DNA of 64,000 bases from positions 1,184,001 through 1,248,000 of the forward strand of contig CBDANF010000002.1 in the NCBI GenBank assembly GCA_965197475.1. The letters run 5' to 3'. Under the pieces are notes generated by a model. The model saw only the letters and a list, made by a program, of their open reading frames with translations, was not told the DNA's origin and made no database searches. The first letter of the stretch is position 1. Every line of letters starts with the position of its first letter. This document shows, one piece after another, positions 28,459 through 39,539 of the stretch. The position numbers were made by a program, and so were the translations under genes. This DNA comes from Candidatus Poribacteria bacterium (GTDB taxonomy: Bacteria; Poribacteria; WGA-4E; WGA-3G).

Positions 28459-30800
28459 ATGAAAAAACATATTGTTTTCCTAACGTTTACATTGCTTTTC
28501 TGTTATTTGTGTTGGCTCATGTAAAGAATGAGTGCAAATGAAAATTTAACCCGTGTGGCCATTGCCTTCATGAAAATAACCGCACACACCTTTTACATGA
28601 GCGTTTGTGTTTTCCTTATCTCTGTGCGGATGCTGGTATCACTGTCACAGTCACGCCGATGTTTGATGAAAACTATTATCCGAAAGGGTTTCCCACCCAC
28701 ACGTTTGATTTCGCTGTGGAGATAACGATAACGGATCCGAGTCAATACTACATGATACAAGACTACATGATACAAGCGAAACTGACCTTGTCCAATTTTA
28801 AGGGGATCGCTGCGAACGCTGGTGATTCTCTTGAAGATGATCTCTATTTTGATGCTGAGGATAATAGCGATTGGACGTGGGTGGATTCGACGACCCTCAA
28901 GTGTGAGTATAACTCCATGAATACGACCCTCCCGTCCTCTATAAAAGTTCGCTGTAGGGACTGGGGTGCACATGGGGAAATCAACGTCACGACCACAGAC
29001 ACAGACATCACGCGGCATATTCCCATAGATGTGAACCAGAACGACATCGCAGATGGTTGGGAAAAGGAGCATGGTATCTATGAATCGGATGTTGCAAAGG
29101 CACAAGCAAAAGCAGCTGACCACGATGACGATGAAAAGGGACCTGGCACAAACCCGAATCATGGCGACGGGTGGTCGGTCTACGACGAGTACCGCGGGCT
29201 CTATACCACAACAGATGAAAGAGGTAACCCTACCGGATACACGCGTCTGAACCCCGAGATAAAAGATATTATGTATACTTCGCATGCAAATGTGGAAAAG
29301 TATGGGACAGGGGCTCTGCCCGGTGTTGAGATGCACTCCTTTACGCATGTGGATCACAATCTCTATCAGATGGGTTTTGATCCGTTCACCAATATTTATG
29401 AGTATGCGAGTAGTGGTGAAGTCGGTCATATAGACACTGTAGACGATAAGATAGGGAGAGTGAACTACAACTCAAATCCGGGGGGAAAAGCAACCCCAGT
29501 CCCCGGTGCCCGTAGCGTGTGGTCAATCCGAATCATAGATAACGGAGACGATGGTACCAAAACCATTCGGCTGGGAAATGCTACGGCTGGGTCTCCTTCT
29601 AAGTATTCATTAGCCACAATCTTTACCGACAAAATAGAAAGACGAATAATGGTGGGCTGGAATACACTCGTAGGGTATCCTAACATAAATGAAAACGATT
29701 TTGTAGACCCATCCCCTGAGACATTGAGAGCAAGGGCAAAGGAAAAGCTAATTCCTATTGTGATTGGGCATGAAGTTGCGCATTGTCTCAATATCCATGC
29801 CAATTGTAATCACCTCAACTGTATTATGCATCATAATCTCAGACTCATCTTTGTTGCTGATGGGTGCTTTCTTCTGATAAAGCAAATAGAGAATCCGGCT
29901 TTTAAGCAGTTGACTGGCGTAAATGATCCGAATTTCGCCACAACGCCAGAATTCATTGATGCTCGAGATGCTGAGGGAAAGCTGATTCCATTAGCGGGGC
30001 CCGTATTAGATAATAGCCACATCGGCCACATGGCTGTGACCGGGTCTCCTGGGAGCCATAATAGCATAGAGGACTGTTCTTTTGAGATCGGTTGCGTGGT
30101 TGATGAAGCCGATGATAGTGATGATGAAGCAAATAGCGGCAATGGAAACCTTGATGGCGGCACTACCACCCCGACCACCTACCTGGCAGATTCATCTACC
30201 AGGACATTAGCCCCTGCCAGTGGGTCAAATACCTATGCCACGGCAGGGTCAACACACGAGGCGAGTCTTACAAGCAGCGTGCCTTATGACTCGGTTGTTT
30301 GGCAGGTTAGGACACCCAGCAATACCAGTCATCTTGTCCCAACTGTTGAGACGGACACCGGCGATGGCACCGCAACCGATGCATCGATGAGTTATACTTT
30401 CCCGGCAGGTGTAACCGGTACCTACACGATTATGGCTTATGTGTGGTATTCAGATTTGTCGGCGCGTGCAATGTCCTACGATGTCAGAGTCACACTCAGT
30501 CCGGGGTTGCGTCCGATCAATAGTTCAACTTACTATGCAAATGGTGGTGAAACATACGAGATGGGACTTGTGACAGACGCTCCCTTTTCTCAGGTCCGTT
30601 GGTATGTGAAAGAACCTGGCGATACGAGCACTGATGGCACGAATGTTAAAACCCTCTCGGTTTCAGGTGTAACGATTACTGATACGGAGCTTAGCTACAC
30701 GCTTCCTACCAGTAATCCTGGAAACTATAAGATTACGGCGCATATTTACAGATCAGATGGTTCTGATTATAAAGTCACCTACAATGTTTATGTCTATTGA
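28459..30800 (+). pseudogene. Secreted zinc metallopeptidase with two C-terminal Ig-like repeats; signal peptide disrupted by MITE
   Basis: HEVAHCLNIH...CIMH; removing MITE + one TSD joins ATG 28459 to the 28605-30800 ORF. Confidence 0.8.
28514..28603. mobile_element. 90-bp IS1595-type MITE
   Basis: GGCTCATGTA...TACATGAGCG; TSD TTTGTGTT (28506-13, 28604-11); inverted homolog of 26259-26351. Confidence 0.9.
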
Positions 30801-30819
30801 CACAATTACGATCTCAGGG

Positions 30820-30854
30820 CAGGCAGGTAACATTGGTGTTACTTGCCTGTTTTT
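30820..30854 (+). terminator. Intrinsic terminator
   Basis: CAGGCAGGTAACA-TTGG-TGTTACTTGCCTG-TTTTT. Confidence 0.8.
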
Positions 30855-31148
30855 ATGTACCAGGATGGACGCAAATTGAGGAGAAAAAGGAAGTATTGGA
30901 CTTAAAAAGTCGTTATTTCGGTGTTTTTAACCCTCTAAATCCCCCTTCTCAAGGGGACTTTTGAACCTGTTGCGTAAGTCCTATGTACGTATACACGCGG
31001 TTGTCTGAATCTCGGATTATACAAATCAACGCCTCATGCGCGTGTGGCATTCGGCGGTCGTTCCTACAGAAGAAAGGATGGCAGTTGGGACTCGGTTGAT
31101 GATTTCAAGGAAAACATTGATGGCAGGTTGCTGACAACTGACCGCTAT

Positions 31149-32324
31149 TTATGGACAAACAAACTTCCCTAAAATTTTCCCACATGATGCTCCTGTTGCA
31201 TTCGGCACATTGCCAAAATTCCCATGCACCGCTTCGTTCGCGAGGATAGCAAAGGCAATTGCCTCTTTAGCATCTCCTGAAACACCTTTTTCTGTTACAT
31301 CAACAGCTGGGATAGGAGCGAATGCATCGGTGAGTCCACGCATCATAAGAGGATTTCGTGCCCCGCCACCGCTGACGTATAGAATGTCCAGCGGTGTTTT
31401 TGTCTCGGCAAAATGCGTATGGTATTGAGCGATACTCTCAACTGTCAATGCTGTGAGCGTTGCAAGTCCATTATTATCTGAGATCTTTTGTTCCCGAATT
31501 TGTGACAAGCAGGTGTCCGCAAACGTTGTTCCAAACATCTCGCGTCCTGTCGTTTTGGGTGGAGATAACTCAAAAAACGGATGTGCAAGCCATTGTCTTA
31601 AGAGAGGTTCACAGACGGTACCTTGCCGCGCCAACTCTCCATTTTCATCAAATTGCTTTGTGCCATCTGTTATTTTTTCTACGCATGCATCCAAGATCAT
31701 ATTGCCAGGGCCTGTGTCTGATGCTTTAACTGCTTCAATCCCTTTTCCTGCTGGTAACACCGTCAGATTTGCAATGCCACCTATATTTAAGAGTCCAATT
31801 GTTTGTGTTGAATGGTGAAATAGCAAATAATCGGGGTATGCTACTAACGGTGCGCCTTCACCACCCGCTGCAACGTCTGCCACACGGAAATCGGCGATGG
31901 TTGGGATACCTGTCTCATGTGCTATCACTGCAGGTTCACCAATTTGGAGTGTCGCTGGGGTTGGTGCTGAGGGCATGTGGTGAATCGTTTGCCCGTGCGA
32001 TCCGATTAGATCAACTTTTGCTGGTGCTACGCCAACCTTTTCCAGTACCGTCAAAACACTTCTCGCGAATAGTTTTCCCAACACAAAATTCATTGTGCAG
32101 ATTTCATCAACTCGCGCTGTCTCCACACTAAAAAGGTTAAAGATTCTCGAACGAATATCAGGTGAGTATGGAAGCGTTTCAAACGCTATCAGTGATATTT
32201 CGGTAGTCAGTCCTGACCCCGTAATCTCAACAAGCGCGACATCCACGCCATCTGCAGATGTGCCGCTCATTAAGCCGATAATTAGTTTTTTCTCTTTTTG
32301 TAGGAGATCGTAAAATGGTTTCAT
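31149..32324 (-). CDS. anmK: Anhydro-N-acetylmuramic acid kinase
   Basis: IGLMSGTSADG, GSHGQT, GGEGAPL, LNIGGIAN, DTGPGN, PPKTTGRE. Confidence 0.95.
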   Translation of the reverse strand: MKPFYDLLQKEKKLIIGLMSGTSADGVDVALVEITGSGLTTEISLIAFETLPYSPDIRSRIFNLFSVETARVDEICTMNFVLGKLFARSVLTVLEKVGVAPAKVDLIGSHGQTIHHMPSAPTPATLQIGEPAVIAHETGIPTIADFRVADVAAGGEGAPLVAYPDYLLFHHSTQTIGLLNIGGIANLTVLPAGKGIEAVKASDTGPGNMILDACVEKITDGTKQFDENGELARQGTVCEPLLRQWLAHPFFELSPPKTTGREMFGTTFADTCLSQIREQKISDNNGLATLTALTVESIAQYHTHFAETKTPLDILYVSGGGARNPLMMRGLTDAFAPIPAVDVTEKGVSGDAKEAIAFAILANEAVHGNFGNVPNATGASCGKILGKFVCP

Positions 32325-32446
32325 GGTTTTTGGTAATCGGTTGTTAGTTGTCGGTTAGTAAGGCATTGTCTATCACAAGTCTCTTTAACCGAATGGGTGG
32401 ACGGCACGGCGGAGCGTGCCTACTACTATGCAACGAAAACGATTAA

Positions 32447-33610
32447 CTAATACAACAGATACGGTTTTCGTCGTTCTTGGAATCTCTCCGCGTGAGCAGA
32501 CCATGCTTCAATAATTTCATTGCACGGTGTTCTCGCTAACAGTGCTTCACGGAGGGTTGAATTTCCTGCTAATCTATCAAAATGTGACTCTCTAAATTCA
32601 AATTCATCAGAGTGTTCAGTAAGTAATGTTCCTAACATCCATACTGCAATTTCAACCGGTGTTACCTGCTCTTGATTAATAATATGTATTGCAACGCCGT
32701 GACATACTTCATCACTATATTTGGAAAACTGCGGCGTAAACACAATTGGACGGAAAAGCACACCCGGAAACTGATGCTCGTTCAATCGAGTTGCGCATCT
32801 CTGGCTATCTATCCATGGTGCACCAATATATTCAAAAGGCTTTGTAGTTCCTCTTCCTTCGCTTATATTTGTGCCTTCAAATAGACATGTTCCGGGATAG
32901 AGTGTTGCAGTCGCAAGCGTTGGCATATTCGGCGAGGGCGGTGCCCACTGCAGACCTGTTTCGTTATACCACATCTCCCGATGCCACCCTTGCATCTGAG
33001 CAATCTTGAGCGGAAATCGAAATCCTTGTTCTGCATGAAAGAGTTTTGCAGTTTCACCAATCGTCATGCCGTAGCGGACAGGAATTGGATATGGTCCAAC
33101 CAGGGATGTGTAGTCAGATTCTAACATCGGTCCCTCTATGTGGATACCTCCGATAGGATTTGGACGATCCGCAACAATGCACGCAATACATTTACCCGAC
33201 TCCATCGTACATTCAAGTGCTTTCATTGCCTCCAGTAGCGTGCCAAGATAGGTATAATATCGCGCCCCCACATCTTGTATATCATAGATGATTACATCTA
33301 AGTTCTTTAGAATTTCTGCCCATGCAAGTGTTGTTCCATATAGGCTATAGACCTGTAGTTTTTGCGCTTCTGCTGTATTCTCTTGATTGTGATCATACTT
33401 TGAATCTGCTATTTTTACCCCATCCTGCGCTGCGCCCCACAACCCATGCTCCGGCGAAAAAAGCGCGACCAAATTGAGTTCCGTTAACAATTCAATAGTG
33501 TGTGTCAAGTTTTCATTTACACCGGTGTGGTTTGTAATCAAACCGATAGATTTGGCATCAATCCATTCCTGTTTTTCTGTCAGTAGGTGGGTTATACCGA
33601 GTTTTATCAT
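32447..33610 (-). CDS. DUF1343 / NamZ-type exo-beta-N-acetylmuramidase
   Basis: LFSPEHG, YDIQDVGARYYTY, DRPNP, PPSPNMP, SEGRGT. Confidence 0.9.
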   Translation of the reverse strand: MIKLGITHLLTEKQEWIDAKSIGLITNHTGVNENLTHTIELLTELNLVALFSPEHGLWGAAQDGVKIADSKYDHNQENTAEAQKLQVYSLYGTTLAWAEILKNLDVIIYDIQDVGARYYTYLGTLLEAMKALECTMESGKCIACIVADRPNPIGGIHIEGPMLESDYTSLVGPYPIPVRYGMTIGETAKLFHAEQGFRFPLKIAQMQGWHREMWYNETGLQWAPPSPNMPTLATATLYPGTCLFEGTNISEGRGTTKPFEYIGAPWIDSQRCATRLNEHQFPGVLFRPIVFTPQFSKYSDEVCHGVAIHIINQEQVTPVEIAVWMLGTLLTEHSDEFEFRESHFDRLAGNSTLREALLARTPCNEIIEAWSAHAERFQERRKPYLLY

Positions 33611-34668
33611 CCGAAGACTATCCTGTGGAATTGATTTCGACATTCAATGATGCCTGTGCGTTGCGCGTCTGGATGAACCCGATTTGTCAACAGGATCGCA
33701 GCAATCCCCTTTTCAAGATCAATCCGTATTGAGGTGCCTGTGAAACCGGTGTGATACATTGACCCATCGGCAAGGATGTGCCAACCAATACTCCGTTGTT
33801 CGGGAGCATCAGGTGGTGTCTGTGGTGTGGCTAATGCCTTTATACTGTCAGAAGACAAAAACGTGCCACTATCTTGGAGTAGCATTTGACAAAAGGTGAT
33901 AATATCTCTCACATTAGAAAACAGCCCTGCATTGCCGGATACACCCCCCAGAAAATTGGCATTTTCATCGTGAACCTCTCCGATGATAACGCCTTCGCGC
34001 CAGTTGTGACCGCGGTAAAAGCGTCCGTGTTGACCTGAATTTACCATTCTGCGTTCGAAGCTATTTGAATCCTCTGTTGCTACGCAGTTATCGTGCAACG
34101 TTGGCGGTGGGTTATATAGGGTGCGGTTCATACCAAGCGGTTTGAAGATTGTGTTATGTGCTAAACTGTCTAACGATTCTCCCGTAATGGTGGAGATGAG
34201 TTTCCCCATGAGGATATATCCTAAACAACTGTAGGTTACCTTCTCTCCGGGGATTGATTCAAGAGCCATTCTACCCAAATGTTCTATCACATTTTCAGGT
34301 GAATCTGTTTCAATATAGAGTGGTTTCCAAGCAGGTAAGCCGGAGGTATGTGAGAGAAGATGGCGACACGTAATGCGCGGTTGTTTGAATGCGGGTAGGT
34401 ATGTCTGTGCAGGTGCATCTAACGACAACTTTCCAGAGGCAATCAACTGCATGGTAAGTGTTCCGATGACGATCGGTTTTGTCAAGGAGGCGAGGTCAAA
34501 CAACGTATCGTGAAGCATCGGTGCCTGCTTCGGTGTTATAATACGATCTCCGAACGCTGCGTGATAGATGACCGTGTCTTTTTGGAGGATGGCGACAACA
34601 GCACCGGGGAAAATCTTTTCGGTGATTCTTTTTTTAATGAGTGTTGAAATTGCTTTTGCGTTCATCAC
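33607..34668 (-). CDS. Beta-lactamase-fold serine hydrolase (AmiE-like)
   Basis: FDLASLTK, YSC, GEVHDENA, HTGFTGT, LTNRVHP. Confidence 0.9.
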   Translation of the reverse strand: MMNAKAISTLIKKRITEKIFPGAVVAILQKDTVIYHAAFGDRIITPKQAPMLHDTLFDLASLTKPIVIGTLTMQLIASGKLSLDAPAQTYLPAFKQPRITCRHLLSHTSGLPAWKPLYIETDSPENVIEHLGRMALESIPGEKVTYSCLGYILMGKLISTITGESLDSLAHNTIFKPLGMNRTLYNPPPTLHDNCVATEDSNSFERRMVNSGQHGRFYRGHNWREGVIIGEVHDENANFLGGVSGNAGLFSNVRDIITFCQMLLQDSGTFLSSDSIKALATPQTPPDAPEQRSIGWHILADGSMYHTGFTGTSIRIDLEKGIAAILLTNRVHPDAQRTGIIECRNQFHRIVFG

Positions 34669-34731
34669 TCATCAGTTTATCGTATTATCAGAAAGGTGTC
34701 AATAGGTTTGTTTATGCCTATATTACTTCTT

Positions 34732-35717
34732 GGCTCATGTAAAAAGTAAGTGCTATTTTTTCAAAGTTATGTTAGCGTGTTACCTATGGACTTTCCAATA
34801 CAATCTCTCATGGATGAAGAAAAAACTCAAGCGTGGGTGTTGGATCATTTCCACCTTCAAGGGCTGTGTTGCCCAAAATGCCAAGCGAGCGTGGCGGAGG
34901 CACGCAAGTTCCGTCCGACTGAAACAAGTGGTCTACAAGTGTATCGCTGCAAACACTGTGAGAGCATCTACAACCTCTATACCGGGACGGTCTTTGCTGG
35001 CACGCAGTTTCGTCCCTCACAGGTCGTTCTGCTTTTGCGCGGTGTCTGTCAAGGTGTTTCAAGTGCACAACTCGGGTGTGAACTGGGTCTAAGTCGTCAA
35101 ACCGTTCTTTCTATAAGACGTAAACTCCAAACTTCGGCAGAGCAGATACAACCCGAAGCTGCTTTACCTGATGCTGAAGTCGAAACAGATGAGATGTTTC
35201 AAAACGCCGGTGAAAAAGGCGATAAGCACGTTGATGCTTCGGATCCGCCGCGTCGGCGTGGCAATAAACGCAGGGGACATGGGACTTATGACAATGATCG
35301 TCCGCCTATTGTTGGGACGAAAGGTCGCGAAAGCGGTCTCCTGAGATTACGTGTTGTGCGGCACACCGATTCTGCGACGCTTTCAACACACGTTCATCAG
35401 TGGACGTTGCCGACTTCAACGGTGTATACGGATGGTTGGCGTGGCTATAACCGTATTCAGCGCGCCCGTGAGATTGTTCTCCATAAGGATGGCGAGTGGG
35501 CAAGAGACGCAGACGGTGATGGTCTTTACGAGATCCATACAAGGACGATTGAAGGTGCCTGGACGACGCTGCGAAACTTCCTTCGTCCCTTTCGTGGCGT
35601 TCATAAAAAGTTCCTCGCCGGTTACGTCGCAATCTGTGAGTTCGTCATGAATCTAAAAGCTGTCAGTGTTGATTTTATAGCAAAACTCGTCAAAAGCACT
35701 TACTCTTGACATGAGCG
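34732..35717 (+). mobile_element. IS1595-family insertion sequence
   Basis: Imperfect IRs (G/C)GCTCATGTnAAnAGTAAGTGCT; no TSD seen. Confidence 0.85.
34786..35709 (+). CDS. IS1595-family transposase
   Basis: CPKC/CKHC, VETDEMF, VYTDGW, HTRTIEGAW. Confidence 0.9.
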   Translation: MDFPIQSLMDEEKTQAWVLDHFHLQGLCCPKCQASVAEARKFRPTETSGLQVYRCKHCESIYNLYTGTVFAGTQFRPSQVVLLLRGVCQGVSSAQLGCELGLSRQTVLSIRRKLQTSAEQIQPEAALPDAEVETDEMFQNAGEKGDKHVDASDPPRRRGNKRRGHGTYDNDRPPIVGTKGRESGLLRLRVVRHTDSATLSTHVHQWTLPTSTVYTDGWRGYNRIQRAREIVLHKDGEWARDADGDGLYEIHTRTIEGAWTTLRNFLRPFRGVHKKFLAGYVAICEFVMNLKAVSVDFIAKLVKSTYS

Positions 35718-35883
35718 CGATTTTTTAGTGGCTGAAACAGAAAAAATAAAACCTTCGGTTTAAAATATGCGCCCCTCCGTTGCCTCAAACTGAACACAGC
35801 AAAAAAGACTGAATTGTTCATGTTATGTTTATTAGCCTCCCAAATCACGTTATTTACGTAACAACGCAGAAAACTTAAATAAC

Positions 35884-35912
35884 TTGCTTTTATTTTTCAA
35901 TCGTGGTATTCT
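35884..35912 (+). promoter_or_regulatory. Promoter candidate for sdh operon
   Basis: TTGCTT-N17-TATTCT with TG. Confidence 0.5.
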
Positions 35913-35938
35913 ATAAAATATAGAAGGAAAAATTGCCT

Positions 35939-36763
35939 ATGTCACACCCAGAACTAACATTAACTGAAAACCGACCTTTCCAAACCCAGCGAAAAGATAC
36001 CTGGTGGGTACAACCGTTGGCTGTATTCATTGGGTTAGGAGCATTCATAGTTTACGCAACCTTCCGGGTTTTTGAAGGGAACCATTTCATCCACGGTCCC
36101 TATTTAACTCCCTTCTATTCACCGCTCCTTTTTGGCACTAACGAAGTTGCACATAGCGTTGACCACAGTTGGTTTGGCTTAATGCCTTCTTGGATTCCAG
36201 GTTTCATTACGCCTGCTGTTCTTATTTTATGGGCACCACTCGGATTTCGTTTTACATGTTATTATTACCGTGGCGCGTACTACAAAGCGTTTTGGGCAGA
36301 TCCACCCTCTTGTACAGTATCAGAACCGCGCAAAGGGTATCGAGGCGAACACTCATTCCCATTGATAATACAAAACATCCACCGATATTTTCTTTATGTA
36401 GCAATCATAATATTAGGTGTCCTTGCTTATGATGTATGGAAAGCACTCTGGTTTGATACTGATGTTGGAAACGGTGTAATAGAAAAAAAAATTGGTATCG
36501 GAATCGGCACAATTGTTTTAGCAGGTAATGTTATCTTTTTAGGTGGTTATACGCTTGGATGTCACTCATTACGGCACTTGGTTGGTGGCGTAGTAGATTT
36601 ACTGTCAAAGGCACCAGTGCGCCGTAACATGTATAACTGTATCAGTTGTTTAAACGAACGACATATGCTCTGGGCATGGATGAGTCTCTCTTGGGTCGGT
36701 TTGTCTGATCTCTATGTCCGGACGGTTGCTGTCACCGGTTGGCAAGACTGGATTATATTTTAA
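35939..36763 (+). CDS. Succinate dehydrogenase membrane anchor (mycobacterial Sdh1-type)
   Basis: FRFTCYYYRGAYY, QNIHRYF, YTLGCHSLRH; upstream of sdhAB. Confidence 0.85.
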   Translation: MSHPELTLTENRPFQTQRKDTWWVQPLAVFIGLGAFIVYATFRVFEGNHFIHGPYLTPFYSPLLFGTNEVAHSVDHSWFGLMPSWIPGFITPAVLILWAPLGFRFTCYYYRGAYYKAFWADPPSCTVSEPRKGYRGEHSFPLIIQNIHRYFLYVAIIILGVLAYDVWKALWFDTDVGNGVIEKKIGIGIGTIVLAGNVIFLGGYTLGCHSLRHLVGGVVDLLSKAPVRRNMYNCISCLNERHMLWAWMSLSWVGLSDLYVRTVAVTGWQDWIIF

Positions 36764-36846
36764 ATACCACAACGCTTTTACTGCTATCCTAAAGAAACCT
36801 ATAGACAATATAAATAACGTTTTGGGAAAAGTGAGGAAATTATAGT

Positions 36847-38664
36847 TTGGCATCTTTTGAAACTATTGAGTATGACGTATTAATAATCGGTGCTGGAGGC
36901 GCAGGACTACGTGCTGCGATTGAGGCAGCTACAAGTGACCTAAAAGTCGGGTTGGTTTGCAAATCTCTGCTCGGAAAAGCGCATACTGTGATGGCGGAAG
37001 GTGGCGTTGCCGCTGCGCTGGCAAATGTGGATGAAAGAGACAGTTGGCGGGTTCACTTTGCCGACACAATGCGCGGCGGGCAATACCTCTCTAACGCTCG
37101 AATGGCAGAATTTCATGCAAGGGAATCGCCTGACCGAGTCCGTGAACTTGAAGCCTGGGGTGCTCTCTTTGATCGTACAAAAGAAGGTAGTATCCTACAA
37201 CGAAACTTTGGAGGACATCAGTATCCGCGGCTTGCTCACGTCGGTGACAGAACTGGTTTAGAGATGATACGTGCCTTGCAGGACCACGGTATTCATCAAG
37301 GCGTTGATGTGCACATGGAGAATACCATCGTTTCTCTGCTCAAAACAGGTGATAGGGTATCAGGTGCCTTCGGTTACGAACGTGAAAAAGGACGATTCAA
37401 AATCTTTTCTGCAAAAGCCGTTGTCTTGGCAACAGGTGGAGTTGGAAAGGCATACAAAATCACAAGCAACAGTTGGGAATATACTGGCGACGGTCATTCT
37501 CTTGCATATCATGCAGGTGCTGAACTGATTGATATGGAATTTGTCCAGTTTCACCCTACAGGTATGGTCTGGCCACCCAGTGTCAGAGGCATCTTAGTCA
37601 CTGAAGGTGTGCGAGGGGAAGGTGGCATCCTGAAAAATAGTGAAGGCAACCGCTTCATGTTTGACGATATTTCTGAACTCTATGTGAATCAGACAGCAGA
37701 CAATCCTGAAGAAGGTTGGCGTTATACACAAGGTGATCGCGAAGCACGTAGACCGCCAGAATTGTTGACCCGTGACCATGTTGCACGCTGCATCGTCCGA
37801 GAAGTTCATGAAGGTAGAGGTAGTCCACACGGCGGTGTGTTCTTAGATATTGCTTGGATTAAGGAGAAAATTCCCAACGCAACCGAACATATTCGTAGAA
37901 AACTGCCGAGTATGTATCACCAATTCAAGGAACTTGCAGACATTGACATCACCGCAGAACCGATGGAGGTGGGTCCGACTACGCACTATATTATGGGTGG
38001 AATTCGTGTTGATGCCGATTCCCAAATGACTTGTGTTCCCGGTCTCTTTGCTGCAGGTGAGTGCGCAGCAGGTCTACACGGAGCAAACCGTCTCGGTGGT
38101 AATTCTTTGTCCGATTTACTTGTCTTTGGTAAACGTGCAGGCGAATACGCTGCACAATTTGCCATTGAAAACGGAGATGTCGTGCTTGAAGAAAGTGCAA
38201 TAGACTCAATTGCTCAGTATGTTCTCAAACCTTTTGATAACCCAGAAGAAGGTGATAACCCTTATCAGATTCAGGCACAACTACAAGAGAAGATGCAGGA
38301 ATTAGTGGGCATTGCACGTAGCCAAGAAAGCCTTGCACAAGCTTTGGAAGAAATTCAGAGTCTACGCGAAAAAGCGGAAAACTCACATGCTATCGGTAAT
38401 CGTGAATATAATGCGGGGTGGCATACTGCACTTGACCTTGACTGTCTGCTCACAGTTTCAGAGGCAATTGCGCTTGCGGCACTTGAACGTAGAGCAAGTA
38501 TCGGCGCGCATTCACGTGATGATTACCCAGAAAAAGAAGAACCAGGGTCTGGCAAATATAACACTATTGTCCAAAAAGCTGGCGATGACGCAATGGCTAT
38601 TCGGCGTGAACCTGTTCCTGAATTGCCGGAAGAACTTCAGCAAATTATAGAAGAAATGGGATAA
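36847..38664 (+). CDS. sdhA: Succinate dehydrogenase/fumarate reductase flavoprotein
   Basis: IIGAGGAG, AHTVMAEGG, QFHPTG, LHGANRLGGNSL. Confidence 0.95.
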   Translation: MASFETIEYDVLIIGAGGAGLRAAIEAATSDLKVGLVCKSLLGKAHTVMAEGGVAAALANVDERDSWRVHFADTMRGGQYLSNARMAEFHARESPDRVRELEAWGALFDRTKEGSILQRNFGGHQYPRLAHVGDRTGLEMIRALQDHGIHQGVDVHMENTIVSLLKTGDRVSGAFGYEREKGRFKIFSAKAVVLATGGVGKAYKITSNSWEYTGDGHSLAYHAGAELIDMEFVQFHPTGMVWPPSVRGILVTEGVRGEGGILKNSEGNRFMFDDISELYVNQTADNPEEGWRYTQGDREARRPPELLTRDHVARCIVREVHEGRGSPHGGVFLDIAWIKEKIPNATEHIRRKLPSMYHQFKELADIDITAEPMEVGPTTHYIMGGIRVDADSQMTCVPGLFAAGECAAGLHGANRLGGNSLSDLLVFGKRAGEYAAQFAIENGDVVLEESAIDSIAQYVLKPFDNPEEGDNPYQIQAQLQEKMQELVGIARSQESLAQALEEIQSLREKAENSHAIGNREYNAGWHTALDLDCLLTVSEAIALAALERRASIGAHSRDDYPEKEEPGSGKYNTIVQKAGDDAMAIRREPVPELPEELQQIIEEMG

Positions 38665-38690
38665 GCACAACACACCGGAAGGAATTGAAT

Positions 38691-39431
38691 ATGGCTAAAG
38701 CAACTTTTAGAATCTGGCGCGGGGATGCAAACGATGCACAATATGTTGATTACGAAACCGAGGTCTCTGAAGGCATGGTGGTTTTAGATGCTGTCCACCG
38801 TATTCAAGCAGACCAAGCAAATGACCTCGCTGTTCGGTGGAACTGCAAGGCTGGCAAATGCGGATCCTGCTCTGCAGAAGTGAACGGTAATCCTAAATTG
38901 ATGTGCATGACACGCCTCAACGATTTACCGCTTGACGAACCTGTTACCGTTGAACCGATGCGGGCATTTCCCCTTATCAAAGACCTTGTTACAGATGTGT
39001 CGTGGAACTACAGGGTAAAAGAAAAAATGAAACCTTTCACGCCACGACCCCCTGATTCAGAAGATGGAACATGGCGCATGGAGCAAGAGGACATTGACCA
39101 TATCCAAGAGTTCCGAAAGTGTATTGAATGCTTCCTCTGCCAAGATGTTTGCCACGTCTTACGTGAGCATAATCTTCATGATGAGTTCATCGGACCCAGG
39201 TTCTTTGTATACGCAGCATCTTTGGAAATGCATCCCATAGATACCGAAAATCGGTTGGAAGAATTGAAGGATTCTGACGGTATCGGGTATTGTAACATCA
39301 CCAAATGCTGCACGAAAGTTTGTCCTGAGCATATCACGATTACAGATAATGCAATTATCCCGCTGAAAGAACGAGTTGTTGATCAGTTTTATGATCCGAT
39401 CAAGAAACTCTTCCGCGTTTTTAGCGGTTAA
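38691..39431 (+). CDS. sdhB: Succinate dehydrogenase Fe-S subunit
   Basis: CKAGKCGSC, CIECFLCQDVC, CNITKCCTKVCP. Confidence 0.95.
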   Translation: MAKATFRIWRGDANDAQYVDYETEVSEGMVVLDAVHRIQADQANDLAVRWNCKAGKCGSCSAEVNGNPKLMCMTRLNDLPLDEPVTVEPMRAFPLIKDLVTDVSWNYRVKEKMKPFTPRPPDSEDGTWRMEQEDIDHIQEFRKCIECFLCQDVCHVLREHNLHDEFIGPRFFVYAASLEMHPIDTENRLEELKDSDGIGYCNITKCCTKVCPEHITITDNAIIPLKERVVDQFYDPIKKLFRVFSG

Positions 39432-39475
39432 GTATGTCATTTTGGATTTATCTAATAGATTAACCACAAAATCAA

Positions 39476-39504
39476 TTGACGTTCTTCAAATTTTGTGTTA
39501 GACT
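39476..39504 (+). promoter_or_regulatory. Promoter candidate
   Basis: TTGACG-N17-TAGACT with TG. Confidence 0.5.
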
Positions 39505-39539
39505 GTACTTGCCATTGACAAAACCACCATAATTGTGCC

